The notes: generated from the letters alone by a model not told the origin. 64,000 nt of DNA from Bacillota bacterium (GCA_023410875.1 JAEYPH010000062.1:14184-78183), one strand, 5' to 3'; counted from the first letter of the stretch, positions 17,778-27,258 are shown. Translations and numbers: made by a program.

Positions 17778-19742
17778 ATGGAGAACAAGACGAGCAACCC
17801 GCTGCCCCTCAAGGATGTCAAGATTCGCGACGGCTTCTGGAGCCGCTATCAGGACTTGGTGCGCGAACAGGTGCTGCCGTACCAGTGGGAGGCGCTCAAT
17901 GACCGCATCCCCGGCGCGGAGCCCAGCCATGCCATGCACAATTTGCGCGTGGCCGCCGGCCTGGACAAAGGGGAGTACGAGGGCCTGGTGTTCCAGGACA
18001 GCGACGTGGGCAAGTGGCTGGAGGCCGTGGGCTACAGCCTGCAGACCAAGGCCGACCCTAAGCTGGAGGCACTGCTGGACGAGGTGGCCGCCGTGCTGGA
18101 AAAAGCCCAGGGCGAGGATGGATATCTGAACTCCTACTTCCTCGTCAAGGAGCCCAAGGGCCGCTGGACCAACCTGTGGGAGTGCCACGAGCTCTACTGC
18201 GCCGGCCACCTGATCGAGGGGGCCATCGCGTGCTGGCAGGCCACGGGCAAGCGCAAGCTGCTGGACATCGTGCGCCGTTATGCCGATTACATCGACAAGA
18301 CTTTTGGCCCCAACAAAGGCCAGATTCGCGGCTACGACGGCCACGAGGAGATCGAACTGGCGCTGGTCAAGCTGTACCGCGCCACCGGCGAAAAGAAGTA
18401 TTTGAAGTTGGCGAACTTCTTTGTGGAGGAGCGCGGCAAGCAGCCCTATTTCTTCGATATCGAATGGGAGAAGCGGGGCAAGACCGGCCACTGGGCCAAG
18501 GGGCCTGTGCCCGCGCCGGGGCTCAGCGCCGCCTATAACCAGGCCCACGCGTCGGTGCGCGAGCAGACCAGCGTGGAAGGGCACTCGGTGCGCGCCGTGT
18601 ATCTGCTGACCGCCATGGCCGACCTGGCGCTGGAGAACAAGGACGAAACGCTGCTGGAGGCCTGCCGCACGCTGTGGGACAACGTGACCCGGCGGCGCAT
18701 GTACGTGACCGGCGGCATCGGCTCCACGGCCCACGGCGAGGCCTTCACGATGGATTTTGACCTGCCCAACGACACCATTTACGCTGAAACATGTGCCTCC
18801 ATCGGGCTCATCTTCTTCGCCCAGCGCATGCTGCGCCTGCAGCCCAAGGGTGAATACGCCGACATCATGGAGCGGGCGCTGTATAACACCGTGCTGGCCG
18901 GCATCGCCCAAGACGGCAAGCGCTTCTTTTATGTGAACCCGCTGGAGGTATGGCCGGAGGCGGGGCTTAAGAACCCCAGCCGCCGCCATGTGCTCACGCA
19001 GCGGCCGCCGTGGTTCGGGTGCTCGTGCTGCCCGCCCAACGTGGCGCGCTTGCTGGCTTCACTGGGCGATTACGCGTTTACCCAGGGCGGAGACACCGTG
19101 TATTGCCATCTGTATGTGGGCGGGCGCGTGCAGCTGGACGTGGCTGGTGGCCCGGTGCTGCTGGCGACCACGTCGGAGCTGCCCTGGAACGGCGCTGTTG
19201 GCATGAAGATCACGACGGCCCAGCCCCGGCAATTCACGCTGGCGCTGCGCATCCCGGCGTGGTGCGCCAACCCCAAGCTGCGCATCAATGGCGAGGAGCA
19301 GATGCTGCTGGGCCTCGTGCGGGACGGCTATGCCTATGTGCGCCGCATCTGGAAGGAAGGCGACACGCTGGAGCTGGACCTGCCCATGCGCCCGGTGCGT
19401 GTGCGCGCCACACCGGCGATACGAGCCGACATCGGCAAAGTCGCCGTGCAGTGCGGTCCCATCGTCTACTGCCTGGAGGAAGAGGACAACGGCGACGAGC
19501 TTCACGAGGTTGTGCTGCCTGCGGGCAATGCCTTGAAGCTGGAATACGATGAGGAACTGCTGGGCGGGTGCAACGTCGTCTGTGCCGACGGCCTGCGGCC
19601 CAACGCCGCCGCGTGGGGCGAGGAGCCCTATCTGGCCGACGTCCCCAACACCTATTACCAGACCAAGCTGCTGTTTATTCCGTACTATTTGTGGGCCAAC
19701 CGCGATCCAGGTGAAATGCTCGTGTGGGTGCGCGAGGGCTGA
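17778..19742 (+). CDS. glycoside hydrolase family 127 (beta-L-arabinofuranosidase-like, DUF1680)
   Basis: 654 aa. The N-terminus ..LKDVKIRDGFWSRYQDLVREQVLPYQWEALND.. and the Cys-rich ..CSCCPPN.. motif are typical of the GH127 HypBA1 family. Confidence 0.85.
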   Translation: MENKTSNPLPLKDVKIRDGFWSRYQDLVREQVLPYQWEALNDRIPGAEPSHAMHNLRVAAGLDKGEYEGLVFQDSDVGKWLEAVGYSLQTKADPKLEALLDEVAAVLEKAQGEDGYLNSYFLVKEPKGRWTNLWECHELYCAGHLIEGAIACWQATGKRKLLDIVRRYADYIDKTFGPNKGQIRGYDGHEEIELALVKLYRATGEKKYLKLANFFVEERGKQPYFFDIEWEKRGKTGHWAKGPVPAPGLSAAYNQAHASVREQTSVEGHSVRAVYLLTAMADLALENKDETLLEACRTLWDNVTRRRMYVTGGIGSTAHGEAFTMDFDLPNDTIYAETCASIGLIFFAQRMLRLQPKGEYADIMERALYNTVLAGIAQDGKRFFYVNPLEVWPEAGLKNPSRRHVLTQRPPWFGCSCCPPNVARLLASLGDYAFTQGGDTVYCHLYVGGRVQLDVAGGPVLLATTSELPWNGAVGMKITTAQPRQFTLALRIPAWCANPKLRINGEEQMLLGLVRDGYAYVRRIWKEGDTLELDLPMRPVRVRATPAIRADIGKVAVQCGPIVYCLEEEDNGDELHEVVLPAGNALKLEYDEELLGGCNVVCADGLRPNAAAWGEEPYLADVPNTYYQTKLLFIPYYLWANRDPGEMLVWVREG

Positions 19743-20428
19743 TGCTCATAGACGGGTTGCAGGACGCGGTGTTCCTGCGCCGGGACAACCGCTTTGCCGC
19801 GCGGGTGCTGTGGAATGGGCGGGAGGCGCTGTGCCATGTGCCCAACTCCGGCCGGCTGGCCGAGCTGCTGATGCCCGGCGTCGCGGTGCGCGTGCGACCC
19901 GCACCCGAGGGCCGTCGCACGGCGTGCTCGCTGCTCATGGTGCATAATCTGGGTTGCTGGGTCGTCATCAACGCCCACCTGGCCGAGGTCGTGGCTTGGG
20001 ATGCCATCTGCGAGGGCCTGGTGCCGGGGCTTGCCGATGTGCGCGCCTTGCGCCGTGAGGTGGCCCACGGCGACAGCCGCTTCGATATGTCTTGCACCGT
20101 GGACGGGCAGACGCAGTACATCGAGGTCAAGTGCGCCACGCTGCAGCGCAATGGTGTGGCCATGTTCCCCGACGCGCCCACCGAGCGGGGCCGCAAGCAC
20201 CTGCGGGGCCTGGCAGCGCTGGCGGGTCAGGGCGTGGGCTGCCATGTGCTCTTCGTGCTGCAGCATCCTGCCGCCCAGTCCTTCGCTCCCAACACCGCCA
20301 CCGACCCGGAGTTTGCCCGGCTGCTGGGTGAGGCCATCGCCGCCGGTGTGCGGGTGCAGGGGCTCATCTGCCGCGTGGATGAGGATCACATCGAGGCTAC
20401 GGAGGCTTTCCCGATCACCGGCGTTTAG
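19742..20428 (+). CDS. sfsA: sugar fermentation stimulation protein SfsA
   Basis: RRDNRFAARV..CHVPNSGRLAELL.. and YIEVKCATL...AMFPDAPTERGRKHLRGL match SfsA. Start overlaps the GH127 stop (TGATG). Confidence 0.85.
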   Translation: MLIDGLQDAVFLRRDNRFAARVLWNGREALCHVPNSGRLAELLMPGVAVRVRPAPEGRRTACSLLMVHNLGCWVVINAHLAEVVAWDAICEGLVPGLADVRALRREVAHGDSRFDMSCTVDGQTQYIEVKCATLQRNGVAMFPDAPTERGRKHLRGLAALAGQGVGCHVLFVLQHPAAQSFAPNTATDPEFARLLGEAIAAGVRVQGLICRVDEDHIEATEAFPITGV

Positions 20429-21012
20429 TGGGGGAGAAAGAGCGACACCGCGCAGTACACCAGCAGCAGCGCCATAATCGTGTTGACGATGCGGGCGTGC
20501 CGCTGGAACAGCCGTTGAAACAAGGAACCGCCCAGCGCCCAGCATGCCGTGGATATAGCGCCCAAAGCGGCCAGGAACACGACGATACCCGCCAGAGCCG
20601 GCAAGCTGAACGCATCGGGCTGCAGGAACGTCGTAGCGATCGTGATGCCATAGAGGATGCCCTTGGGGTTGACGAACTGCAGCGCCATGGCCGTGAAGAA
20701 GCCCAAATGCGTCTTTTCCTCGCCATGATTGCCGGGCTTGCTGCGCCACACCTTCCACGCCAGCCACAGCATGTAGGCTGCGCCCAGCGCGGTCATCACT
20801 GGCTGCACCTTGGGCAGCGCCCTGTACAGCGCCGCGCTGAAGGCAACGCACGCGCCCAGAATCAGCAGGAAACCTGCGCCCACGCCGAAACAGAACGGAA
20901 GGCTGCGCCGGAAACCGTGCTTGCCGGCGTTGGTCATGGCCATGATGTTGTTGGGCCCCGGCGTAAACGTCGTGACCAGCGCATAGGTCAAAAAGGCGGC
21001 CAGATTGTGCAA
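20425..21012 (-). CDS. LysE/RhtB family amino-acid exporter
   Basis: 195 aa. N-terminal FLTYALVTTFTPGPNNIMAMTNAGKHGFRRSL is the family signature. Six hydrophobic segments. Confidence 0.85.
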   Translation of the reverse strand: MHNLAAFLTYALVTTFTPGPNNIMAMTNAGKHGFRRSLPFCFGVGAGFLLILGACVAFSAALYRALPKVQPVMTALGAAYMLWLAWKVWRSKPGNHGEEKTHLGFFTAMALQFVNPKGILYGITIATTFLQPDAFSLPALAGIVVFLAALGAISTACWALGGSLFQRLFQRHARIVNTIMALLLVYCAVSLFLPH

Positions 21013-21122
21013 GGGGCTTCCTCCTCCCGAATGTGTGATATAATGGTTGAGATGTGCAGGATACTGATTCGTGCAACATCATGATATGATTCGTGCAGTA
21101 TATTGTCAATGGGAGTATTAGC

Positions 21123-21674
21123 GTGGACAGCCTGAACAGCATCATTGCGGAAAATCTCAAGCGTTTACGGGAAGAGCGCAAGCTGAGCCTGGATACGCTG
21201 GCGCGTATGAGCGGCGTCAGCAAGAGCATGCTGGGCCAGATCGAGCGCGGCGAGGTCAACCCGACGGTGGCCACCGTGTGGAAGATCGCCAATGGCCTCA
21301 AGATCAGCTTCACGGCGCTGATGAGCCGGCCGGAGCAGGACATTGAGCTCGTGGAGCGCGACCAGGTGCAGCCCTTCGTGGAGGATGACGGCAAGTTCCG
21401 CAACTATCCTCTGTTTCCCTTCGACGAAACCCGACGGTTCGAGATGTATTCGGTGGAAATAGACCCCGGCGGCGCCTTGAGCGCCGAGGGCCACCTGCAG
21501 GGCAGCCAGGAGTTTCTGACCGTGTCGCAAAGCGCGGTCACCGTGCGCGTGGAGGACGTGGACTACGTCGTGCAGCCCGGCAACGCGCTGCGCTTCAAGG
21601 CCGACCGGCCCCACAGCTACCGCAACGACAGCGCGCAGCAGGCGCTGGTCAGCATGATCATCTACTATCCGTGA
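21123..21674 (+). CDS. XRE-family HTH regulator with C-terminal cupin domain
   Basis: LKRLREERKLSLDTLARMSGVSKSMLGQIERGEVNPTVATVWKIANGL plus a cupin beta-barrel. Divergent from the LysE exporter. GTG 21123 preferred as start (GGGAG upstream). Confidence 0.8.
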   Translation: MDSLNSIIAENLKRLREERKLSLDTLARMSGVSKSMLGQIERGEVNPTVATVWKIANGLKISFTALMSRPEQDIELVERDQVQPFVEDDGKFRNYPLFPFDETRRFEMYSVEIDPGGALSAEGHLQGSQEFLTVSQSAVTVRVEDVDYVVQPGNALRFKADRPHSYRNDSAQQALVSMIIYYP

Positions 21675-21688
21675 CAGGAGTGTGGCCC

Positions 21689-23041
21689 ATGAGCAACGAA
21701 CATTTCCCGGAAATCCTTGAGAGCGCCCTAGCTGTGCGCCCCTCGCCGCGGCAGCTGGCGTGGCAGCGCATGGAGTTCTACGGCTTTGCCCACTTCGGCG
21801 TCAATACGTTCACCAACCGCGAATGGGGCCTGGGCGATGAAGACCCGGCGATCTTCAACCCCACGGAGTTCGACGCCCGCCAGTGGGTGCGCGCGTGCAA
21901 GAGCGCCGGCATGACCGGGCTGATCCTCACATGCAAGCACCACGACGGCTTCTGCCTGTGGCCCAGCAAGTATACGGAGCACTCGGTGAAGAACAGCCCC
22001 TGGCGCGGCGGCCGCGGCGACATGGTCGCCGAAGTGGCTGCCGCCTGCCGCGAGGGCGGCCTGCGCTTCGGCGTCTATCTTTCGCCGTGGGACCGCCACG
22101 AGCCATCTTATGGCCACGGCGACGCGTACAACCGCTACTATCTGAACCAGCTGGAAGAGCTGCTGACCAACTATGGCGACGTGTTCTGCGTGTGGCTGGA
22201 CGGCGCCTGCGGCGAGGGAAGCAATGGCAAGCGCCAGATGTACGATTGGGACGCATGGTTCGCGCTGATCCGCCGGCTGCAGCCGGGAGCGGTCATCTCC
22301 ATCTGCGGGCCGGACGTGCGCTGGTGCGGCAATGAGGCCGGCCGCTGCCGGCCCAGCGAATGGAGCGTGGTGCCCGCCAGCCTGCGCGACGCCGAGCGGA
22401 CCGCCGAGAAGAGCCAGAAGGCCGACGACGGCGCCTTCTCCCGCCGTGTGGACACGACCGACGACGACTTGGGCAGCCGCGAGGCCATTGCCGGGGCGGG
22501 GGAGCTGGCTTGGTATCCCGCCGAGGTCGATACGTCCATCCGCCCCGGCTGGTTCCATCACCCCGAGGAAAACGACAAAGTGCGTACCTGTGACGAGCTG
22601 CTGCACATCTATGAGAATGCCGTGGGTGGCAACGCCGCGCTGCTGCTGAACATCCCGCCGGACCGGCAGGGGCTGTTCCACGAGGCCGACGTCGCCGTGT
22701 TGGCGGAATTGGGTGACAGAATCCGGGCAATTTATGGCAGTGATCTGGCTGCTGGCGCAATGCCTGGGCAGGAGACGGAGGAGTTGCTGTTGCCGCAGCC
22801 TGTGGTCATCGATACGGTGATGCTGATGGAGAACGTCGAACAGGGCCAACGGGTGGAATCTTTCACGCTGGATGCGCTTGTCGATGGCGCTTGGCAACAG
22901 GTATTCACTGGAACTGTCATAGGATATAAGAAGATCTGCCGATTTGGGCCGGTGCTGACCGCTGGGCTGCGATTGACGGTCACCCAGGCGCGGGCTTGCC
23001 CGCAGATCGCACACATGAGCGCCCACCGGCACGCTGAGTAG
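21689..23041 (+). CDS. alpha-L-fucosidase, GH29
   Basis: PSPRQLAWQRMEFYGFAHFGVNTF, LILTCKHHDGFCLWPS, and FGVYLSPWD are typical of GH29. Start at MSNEH (AGGAG upstream). Confidence 0.85.
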   Translation: MSNEHFPEILESALAVRPSPRQLAWQRMEFYGFAHFGVNTFTNREWGLGDEDPAIFNPTEFDARQWVRACKSAGMTGLILTCKHHDGFCLWPSKYTEHSVKNSPWRGGRGDMVAEVAAACREGGLRFGVYLSPWDRHEPSYGHGDAYNRYYLNQLEELLTNYGDVFCVWLDGACGEGSNGKRQMYDWDAWFALIRRLQPGAVISICGPDVRWCGNEAGRCRPSEWSVVPASLRDAERTAEKSQKADDGAFSRRVDTTDDDLGSREAIAGAGELAWYPAEVDTSIRPGWFHHPEENDKVRTCDELLHIYENAVGGNAALLLNIPPDRQGLFHEADVAVLAELGDRIRAIYGSDLAAGAMPGQETEELLLPQPVVIDTVMLMENVEQGQRVESFTLDALVDGAWQQVFTGTVIGYKKICRFGPVLTAGLRLTVTQARACPQIAHMSAHRHAE

Positions 23042-23053
23042 GGAGGGAACCCA

Positions 23054-23203
23054 ATGGCTCGCATCAACCGCTTGAGCCTGCTGCGCGCGGCGCTCCTGCT
23101 GGCGGCCGTCGCGTTCATCGCCATCGGCGTGGCGCGCGGCGAGGTGCTGGAGGTGTTCCGTAAGGCCGCGACGCTGTGCCTGCAATGCATCGGCATCGGT
23201 TAG
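23054..23203 (+). CDS. 49-aa membrane mini-protein with C-terminal CxxC (CD1871A-like family, name from memory)
   Basis: Below the ORF-track size cutoff; translated by hand. MARINRLSLLRAALLLAAVAFIAIGVARGEVLEVFRKAATLCLQCIGIG. GGGAGGG RBS 6 nt upstream. Ends 10 nt before the polyferredoxin gene. Confidence 0.55.
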   Translation: MARINRLSLLRAALLLAAVAFIAIGVARGEVLEVFRKAATLCLQCIGIG

Positions 23204-23213
23204 GGGTTCTGCG

Positions 23214-24077
23214 ATGAATCGTATCAAGCGCATATGGGTGCAGGCCCTGGCCGCTCTGGCCGCCAACGCCAATCTGGGCGGATTCGCAGATGGCACGATC
23301 TATCGGGGAAAAAGCAAGTCCGTGTGCCTGCCGGGCTTCAACTGCTACAGCTGCCCCGGCGCGCTGGCCGCATGCCCCATCGGTGCGCTGCAGGCGGTGC
23401 TGGGCAGCGCCCGTTATCAGTTCACGTGGTATGTGCTGGGCACGCTGCTGCTGTTCGGCCTGATCGCCGGGCGGTGGATCTGCGGCTGGCTGTGCCCCTT
23501 CGGGCTGTTCCAGGACCTGCTGCACCGCATCCCCACGCCCAAGTGGAAGGTGCCGCGCCGCCTGCGCTGGCTGCGGTATACCAAATATGTGCTGCTGGCC
23601 GTGCCGGTGGTGCTGCTGCCGATGTTCTTCGTGGGCCCCACGGGCATCGGGGAGCCGTGGTTCTGCAAGGTCATCTGCCCCAACGGCACGATCTTCGGCG
23701 CACTGCCGCTGATGGCGGTCAGCGACGCTCTGCGCCAATCGGTGGGGTTGCTGTTCTTCTGGAAGCTGGGTCTGGCGCTGGCCATCGTGGCGCTGTGCGT
23801 GGTGCTGTACCGCTTCTTCTGCCGTTTTCTGTGCCCGCTGGGGGCCATCTACGGCCTTTTCAACCGCATCGCCTTTGTGCACATGTCCGTGGACCGCCAC
23901 CGCTGTACCAACTGCCGGGCCTGCGCCCGCGCCTGCAAGATGGATGTCGAGCCGCACAAAACGCCTAACTCGCCGGAGTGCATCCGCTGCGGTGACTGCC
24001 GTAAGGCGTGCCCCCATGGGGCGATATCCATGGGAGTGACTGCCGGGGAGAAGAAGAAAGAAGCGCCGACACAATAA
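23214..24077 (+). CDS. membrane-bound 4Fe-4S binding protein (NapH/MauN-like polyferredoxin)
   Basis: 287 aa. N-terminal CYSCPGALAACP, several TM segments, and C-terminal CTNCRACARAC / CIRCGDCRKACP ferredoxin motifs. Confidence 0.8.
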   Translation: MNRIKRIWVQALAALAANANLGGFADGTIYRGKSKSVCLPGFNCYSCPGALAACPIGALQAVLGSARYQFTWYVLGTLLLFGLIAGRWICGWLCPFGLFQDLLHRIPTPKWKVPRRLRWLRYTKYVLLAVPVVLLPMFFVGPTGIGEPWFCKVICPNGTIFGALPLMAVSDALRQSVGLLFFWKLGLALAIVALCVVLYRFFCRFLCPLGAIYGLFNRIAFVHMSVDRHRCTNCRACARACKMDVEPHKTPNSPECIRCGDCRKACPHGAISMGVTAGEKKKEAPTQ

Positions 24078-24529
24078 TGTTTATGGAGAACAACATGATC
24101 AAGCATAAGGTATGGGTGCTTATTCTGGTTATTCTCGCGTTTCTGCTAGGAGTATCGTTATGCTTGGTTGGAATTCTAGTTGTTGTTCATCCCACGAACA
24201 GAGTGATTGAAACGTGGAAACAACCGGATGACATTGCGTACAACGATTTTGGACCATACTATTTATCCGTTGTGGAAAGCAGCCTGGATATAAGCCATTT
24301 GCCGTTTGCGGTGGAGAGACAATACTATTTATACGTAGGAGCCGACAGCGGCAAGCCAGTGTATGGACACGTTATTGACTTCTCTTTTCATCCTGACACA
24401 TCACATCTCTATGATTTAGAAGAGTTTATCAAGATGTCAAATGTCACTTGGTCCAGCGAAGGTGTTACATTCGAAGAGGCCTCAGGGCACAAGCTTTATA
24501 TCCCTAGAAGCATGCTTAACGCAAGATGA
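24077..24529 (+). CDS. hypothetical membrane-anchored protein (AT-rich orphan gene)
   Basis: About 150 aa with an N-terminal TM (VWVLILVILAFLLGVSLCLVGILVVV). Markedly lower GC than its neighbours. Alternative starts at 24083 and 24095. Confidence 0.45.
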   Translation: MFMENNMIKHKVWVLILVILAFLLGVSLCLVGILVVVHPTNRVIETWKQPDDIAYNDFGPYYLSVVESSLDISHLPFAVERQYYLYVGADSGKPVYGHVIDFSFHPDTSHLYDLEEFIKMSNVTWSSEGVTFEEASGHKLYIPRSMLNAR

Positions 24530-24566
24530 GCCAGTAGTGAAGGGCTCGATCCTATAATTTGTGAAT

Positions 24567-24732
24567 AAAAGGGGCTGTCACACTAGCCACATATTGTCAT
24601 ACTCATACAAAAGATTGGGCCGAAGGTTTCCAAAGGGCGATCGGAAAGCCCTTTGGTCGCGCCTGGAGGCGCGAAATTTTCCTCGCATTGTATAAAGTAT
24701 ATACTATGTGCTTAGTGCGACAGGCCCTTTTG
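24567..24732 (+). repeat. structured intergenic element, copy A (long closing stem plus conserved two-hairpin core)
   Basis: The core at 24619-24663 is identical to 27477-27521. Local hairpins are CCAAAGGGC/GCCCTTTGG and TCGCGCC/GGCGCGA. The outer arms at 24567-24612 and 24686-24732 are mutually complementary (read by eye). Confidence 0.6.
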
Positions 24733-24742
24733 TAAGTGACGC

Positions 24743-25690
24743 TTATTTCAGCCACCTCTCCAGCAACTCCACACCCCGTTGCTCCGCCTCATATGCCCTG
24801 AGAATGTTGCCGTGTAGCGCGTCCAGCAGCTCAGGAGTGGGGAAGGCCGGGTTCAGCCGGACCAGATAGAGCGCAGCCCGCAGTTCGCCCGCGACCTGCG
24901 CGTATGCCGCGGCCGCGGGGGTCAGAGTTGCGTCGCCGGCGGCCACGCCCCGCAGCCAGATGGCCGCGCCCCGGCGCAGCGACGCATAGGTGGCAATGTA
25001 ATACAACGACGGGAAGCCTGCTTGGTCGACATTGCGCACGAGGTTGGCCCAGTGGGGGTAGGCGGCCAGGCCGTTTTCATAGTTGGGCCGGTCCTCCCAC
25101 TCGCGGCCCCGGGCGTGGTCAACGGCGACTTGTATCGTGCGCCGCGCCAGCTCCGCGGGGGTTGCACCCGAGGGCTTGCCGGGCACCGTGACCGACAAGA
25201 TCGGGATTTCCCGCTTTCCCAATTGCGCGTAGGGCAGCGTCTGGCGCTCGTTCCGTATGCTCAGCGTGTCGTAGGCCTGGGCGTCGTCGTCATACCCAAT
25301 GACGACACCCCACTCGGGGATGCCGATGTCCCACACGACCGGCGCGACGCCGCTGTCTATGGCCTCCACGATGGCGCGGTGGGCCTGCTCGCAGCGCTCG
25401 GCCTCCTGCGCTTCCTCGTGCCACAGGCGGGAGATGTACGTGCAGTCATAGCCGTTCAGCTCCACGCCGGTCTTCAGCAGGTTGAAATCGAAGATGCTCG
25501 TGGCGCTGGGGCAGTTGGCCTTGGTGTCCACCCAGATGCGAAAGGCGAAGGCGCTGGCGCCGGTGACCGATTCCCGGCTTACGGCGTATCCCGCGTACGT
25601 CAGAGACGAGGCCAGCATGTGGGTGAAGGAGAAGGGAATCTCGCCGGGTTCAGTGGGCAGCATCGTGAAGTGTTGCAACTGGTTTTTCAT
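24743..25690 (-). CDS. hypothetical protein (possibly BtrH-N/peptidase-C39-like fold, weak)
   Basis: 315 aa from MKNQLQHF (AAAGGAGG RBS). No firm motif recognised. Its start lies inside the 3' end of the AraC gene (41-nt overlap). Confidence 0.5.
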   Translation of the reverse strand: MKNQLQHFTMLPTEPGEIPFSFTHMLASSLTYAGYAVSRESVTGASAFAFRIWVDTKANCPSATSIFDFNLLKTGVELNGYDCTYISRLWHEEAQEAERCEQAHRAIVEAIDSGVAPVVWDIGIPEWGVVIGYDDDAQAYDTLSIRNERQTLPYAQLGKREIPILSVTVPGKPSGATPAELARRTIQVAVDHARGREWEDRPNYENGLAAYPHWANLVRNVDQAGFPSLYYIATYASLRRGAAIWLRGVAAGDATLTPAAAAYAQVAGELRAALYLVRLNPAFPTPELLDALHGNILRAYEAEQRGVELLERWLK

Positions 25691-26552
25691 GGTCGGCCTC
25701 CTTTTGCTTGATCGGCATATAGATTCTCTCAATGAATGTACGGCTCTTCTCGCAGTAGGTCTCAAAGCTGGGCCTTGCTGTGTCCATGCGGTAGGTTGAG
25801 TGGGGCAGCCAATGGCCGATGGCGTGGTCCCACGTGCGGTGGATGGTCTCCACGAAGGTCAGCGCGTCGGCGGGCGGTGTCGCGAAGACGGCATAGAGCC
25901 CCGGCGGGATGGGAACCAGCTCGCTGCCAGGTGGACCGGCCCGGTCGCTCCACAGGCCGCAGACGTAGCGCCAGGAGCCGTCGGCCGCCCTGGGCAGGCT
26001 GCATCCCACGTCGTCATACCACCCATCGTTAGGGCAGCCGGGCAGCGTGAGCGCCAGCCCTTGGGCATGATAGCGGTTCCAGAACTGGGGCACCAGGCCA
26101 TGCCTGGCATCGGTTGGCACGGCCAGCCCATAGCCGCACACCGTGCCGCCGGGGAAGGCGGCAACTTCCGGGTCAGCGATGGGCATAGGCTCGCTGTGCA
26201 GCCGGAAGGGCTCGGTCACATGCAGGCTGATGCCGCTGCCCCGGTAGCGCCCGGGCGTGATGCCGTGCTCCGCGGCGAAGGCCCGCAGGAAGGTTTCCGT
26301 GGACTCGAACCCCCACCGGAATGCAATGTCCACCAGCGGCTCCGTGCCGGCGGCGATGTCCGCCCCGGCGCGGGCCAGCCGCCGCTTGCGTACATAGTCC
26401 ATGGGCGCCAGGCCTGTCACGCTGTGGAAGATGCGGCAGAAGTGGTAGGGGGAGTAGCCCGCCGCCGCGGCGCAGCGCTCCAGCGTGAGCTCTTGCTGCA
26501 GGTGCGCCTCGATGAAGTCCAGCGCCCGCTGGATGTGCTCCTGATACCGCAT
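25650..26552 (-). CDS. AraC-family regulator with GyrI-like effector-binding domain
   Basis: N-terminal ..LTLERCAAAAGYSPYHFCRIFHSVTGLAPMDYVRKRRL...IAFRWGFESTETFLRAFAAEHGITPGRYR (double HTH), followed by a GyrI-like C-terminal half. Start at MRYQEH (GGAAGGAGAG RBS). Confidence 0.85.
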   Translation of the reverse strand: MRYQEHIQRALDFIEAHLQQELTLERCAAAAGYSPYHFCRIFHSVTGLAPMDYVRKRRLARAGADIAAGTEPLVDIAFRWGFESTETFLRAFAAEHGITPGRYRGSGISLHVTEPFRLHSEPMPIADPEVAAFPGGTVCGYGLAVPTDARHGLVPQFWNRYHAQGLALTLPGCPNDGWYDDVGCSLPRAADGSWRYVCGLWSDRAGPPGSELVPIPPGLYAVFATPPADALTFVETIHRTWDHAIGHWLPHSTYRMDTARPSFETYCEKSRTFIERIYMPIKQKEADHEKPVATLHDAAH

Positions 26553-26695
26553 GCGCCGCTCTCCTTCCCACAGCGGCAGTATATCATGGCTATGTGGGGA
26601 TATGTTTGACGATTCTTGCGCATTGTGCGTGCCTGCTGCAGATTGTATAATGGAGCAAACGGACGGCGCGAGCCTCCAGATCAATGCGAGGAACC

Positions 26696-27241
26696 ATGGC
26701 AGACCCGATCATCGTGACGCCCTATGACGAGCGCTGGCCCGCGGAATTCCAGAAGGTGGGCCAGAGCATCCGTGCGGTGCTGGGGGAGCTAGCGCTGCGC
26801 ATCGATCACATTGGCTCCACGGCCATCCCCGGCCTGGCGGCCAAGCCCGTCATCGATGTGCAGGTGTCGCTGAAGTCCTTTGACCAGATCGACGTCATCG
26901 CGCTGGGCATGCGCTCCATCGGCTTCGCCTTCCGGCCGGACAACCCCGACAAGACGCAGCGATACTTCCGTGAGCTGCCCGGCAACCGGCGCACCCATAT
27001 CCATATGCGCCGCTCCGGCAGCTTTCAGGAGGCATTCTCGCTGCTGTTCCGCGACTATCTGCGCCAGCACCCCGAAGACGCCCGCGCCTATGAGGATAAC
27101 AAATACGAACTCTCGCTGATCCACAAGGACAACCGCCTGAACTATGTGGACGGCAAGGGGCCGCTGATCTGGCAGATCATCATGCGCGCCAACCGCTGGA
27201 GCCAGTCCACGGGCTGGCACCCAGGCCCCAGCGACGCTTAG
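26696..27241 (+). CDS. GrpB family protein
   Basis: IIVTPYDERWPAEFQKVGQSIRAVLGELALRIDHIGSTAIPGLAAKPVIDVQV is the GrpB (UPF0157) signature. Confidence 0.85.
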   Translation: MADPIIVTPYDERWPAEFQKVGQSIRAVLGELALRIDHIGSTAIPGLAAKPVIDVQVSLKSFDQIDVIALGMRSIGFAFRPDNPDKTQRYFRELPGNRRTHIHMRRSGSFQEAFSLLFRDYLRQHPEDARAYEDNKYELSLIHKDNRLNYVDGKGPLIWQIIMRANRWSQSTGWHPGPSDA

Positions 27242-27258
27242 AAGAGGAGTATATAAAG

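Noticed and set aside
17763-18989. 408-aa ORF on the minus strand
   Set aside because: It runs antisense to the GH127 gene. It is a shadow ORF.
19685-21403. 572-aa ORF on the minus strand
   Set aside because: It runs antisense to sfsA and the XRE regulator and overlaps the LysE gene in another frame. It is Arg/Gly/Ala/Pro-rich with no motif, so I treat it as a shadow ORF.
21728-23296. 522-aa ORF on the minus strand
   Set aside because: It is fully antisense to the GH29 fucosidase gene, which has diagnostic motifs. Its composition is that of a shadow ORF.
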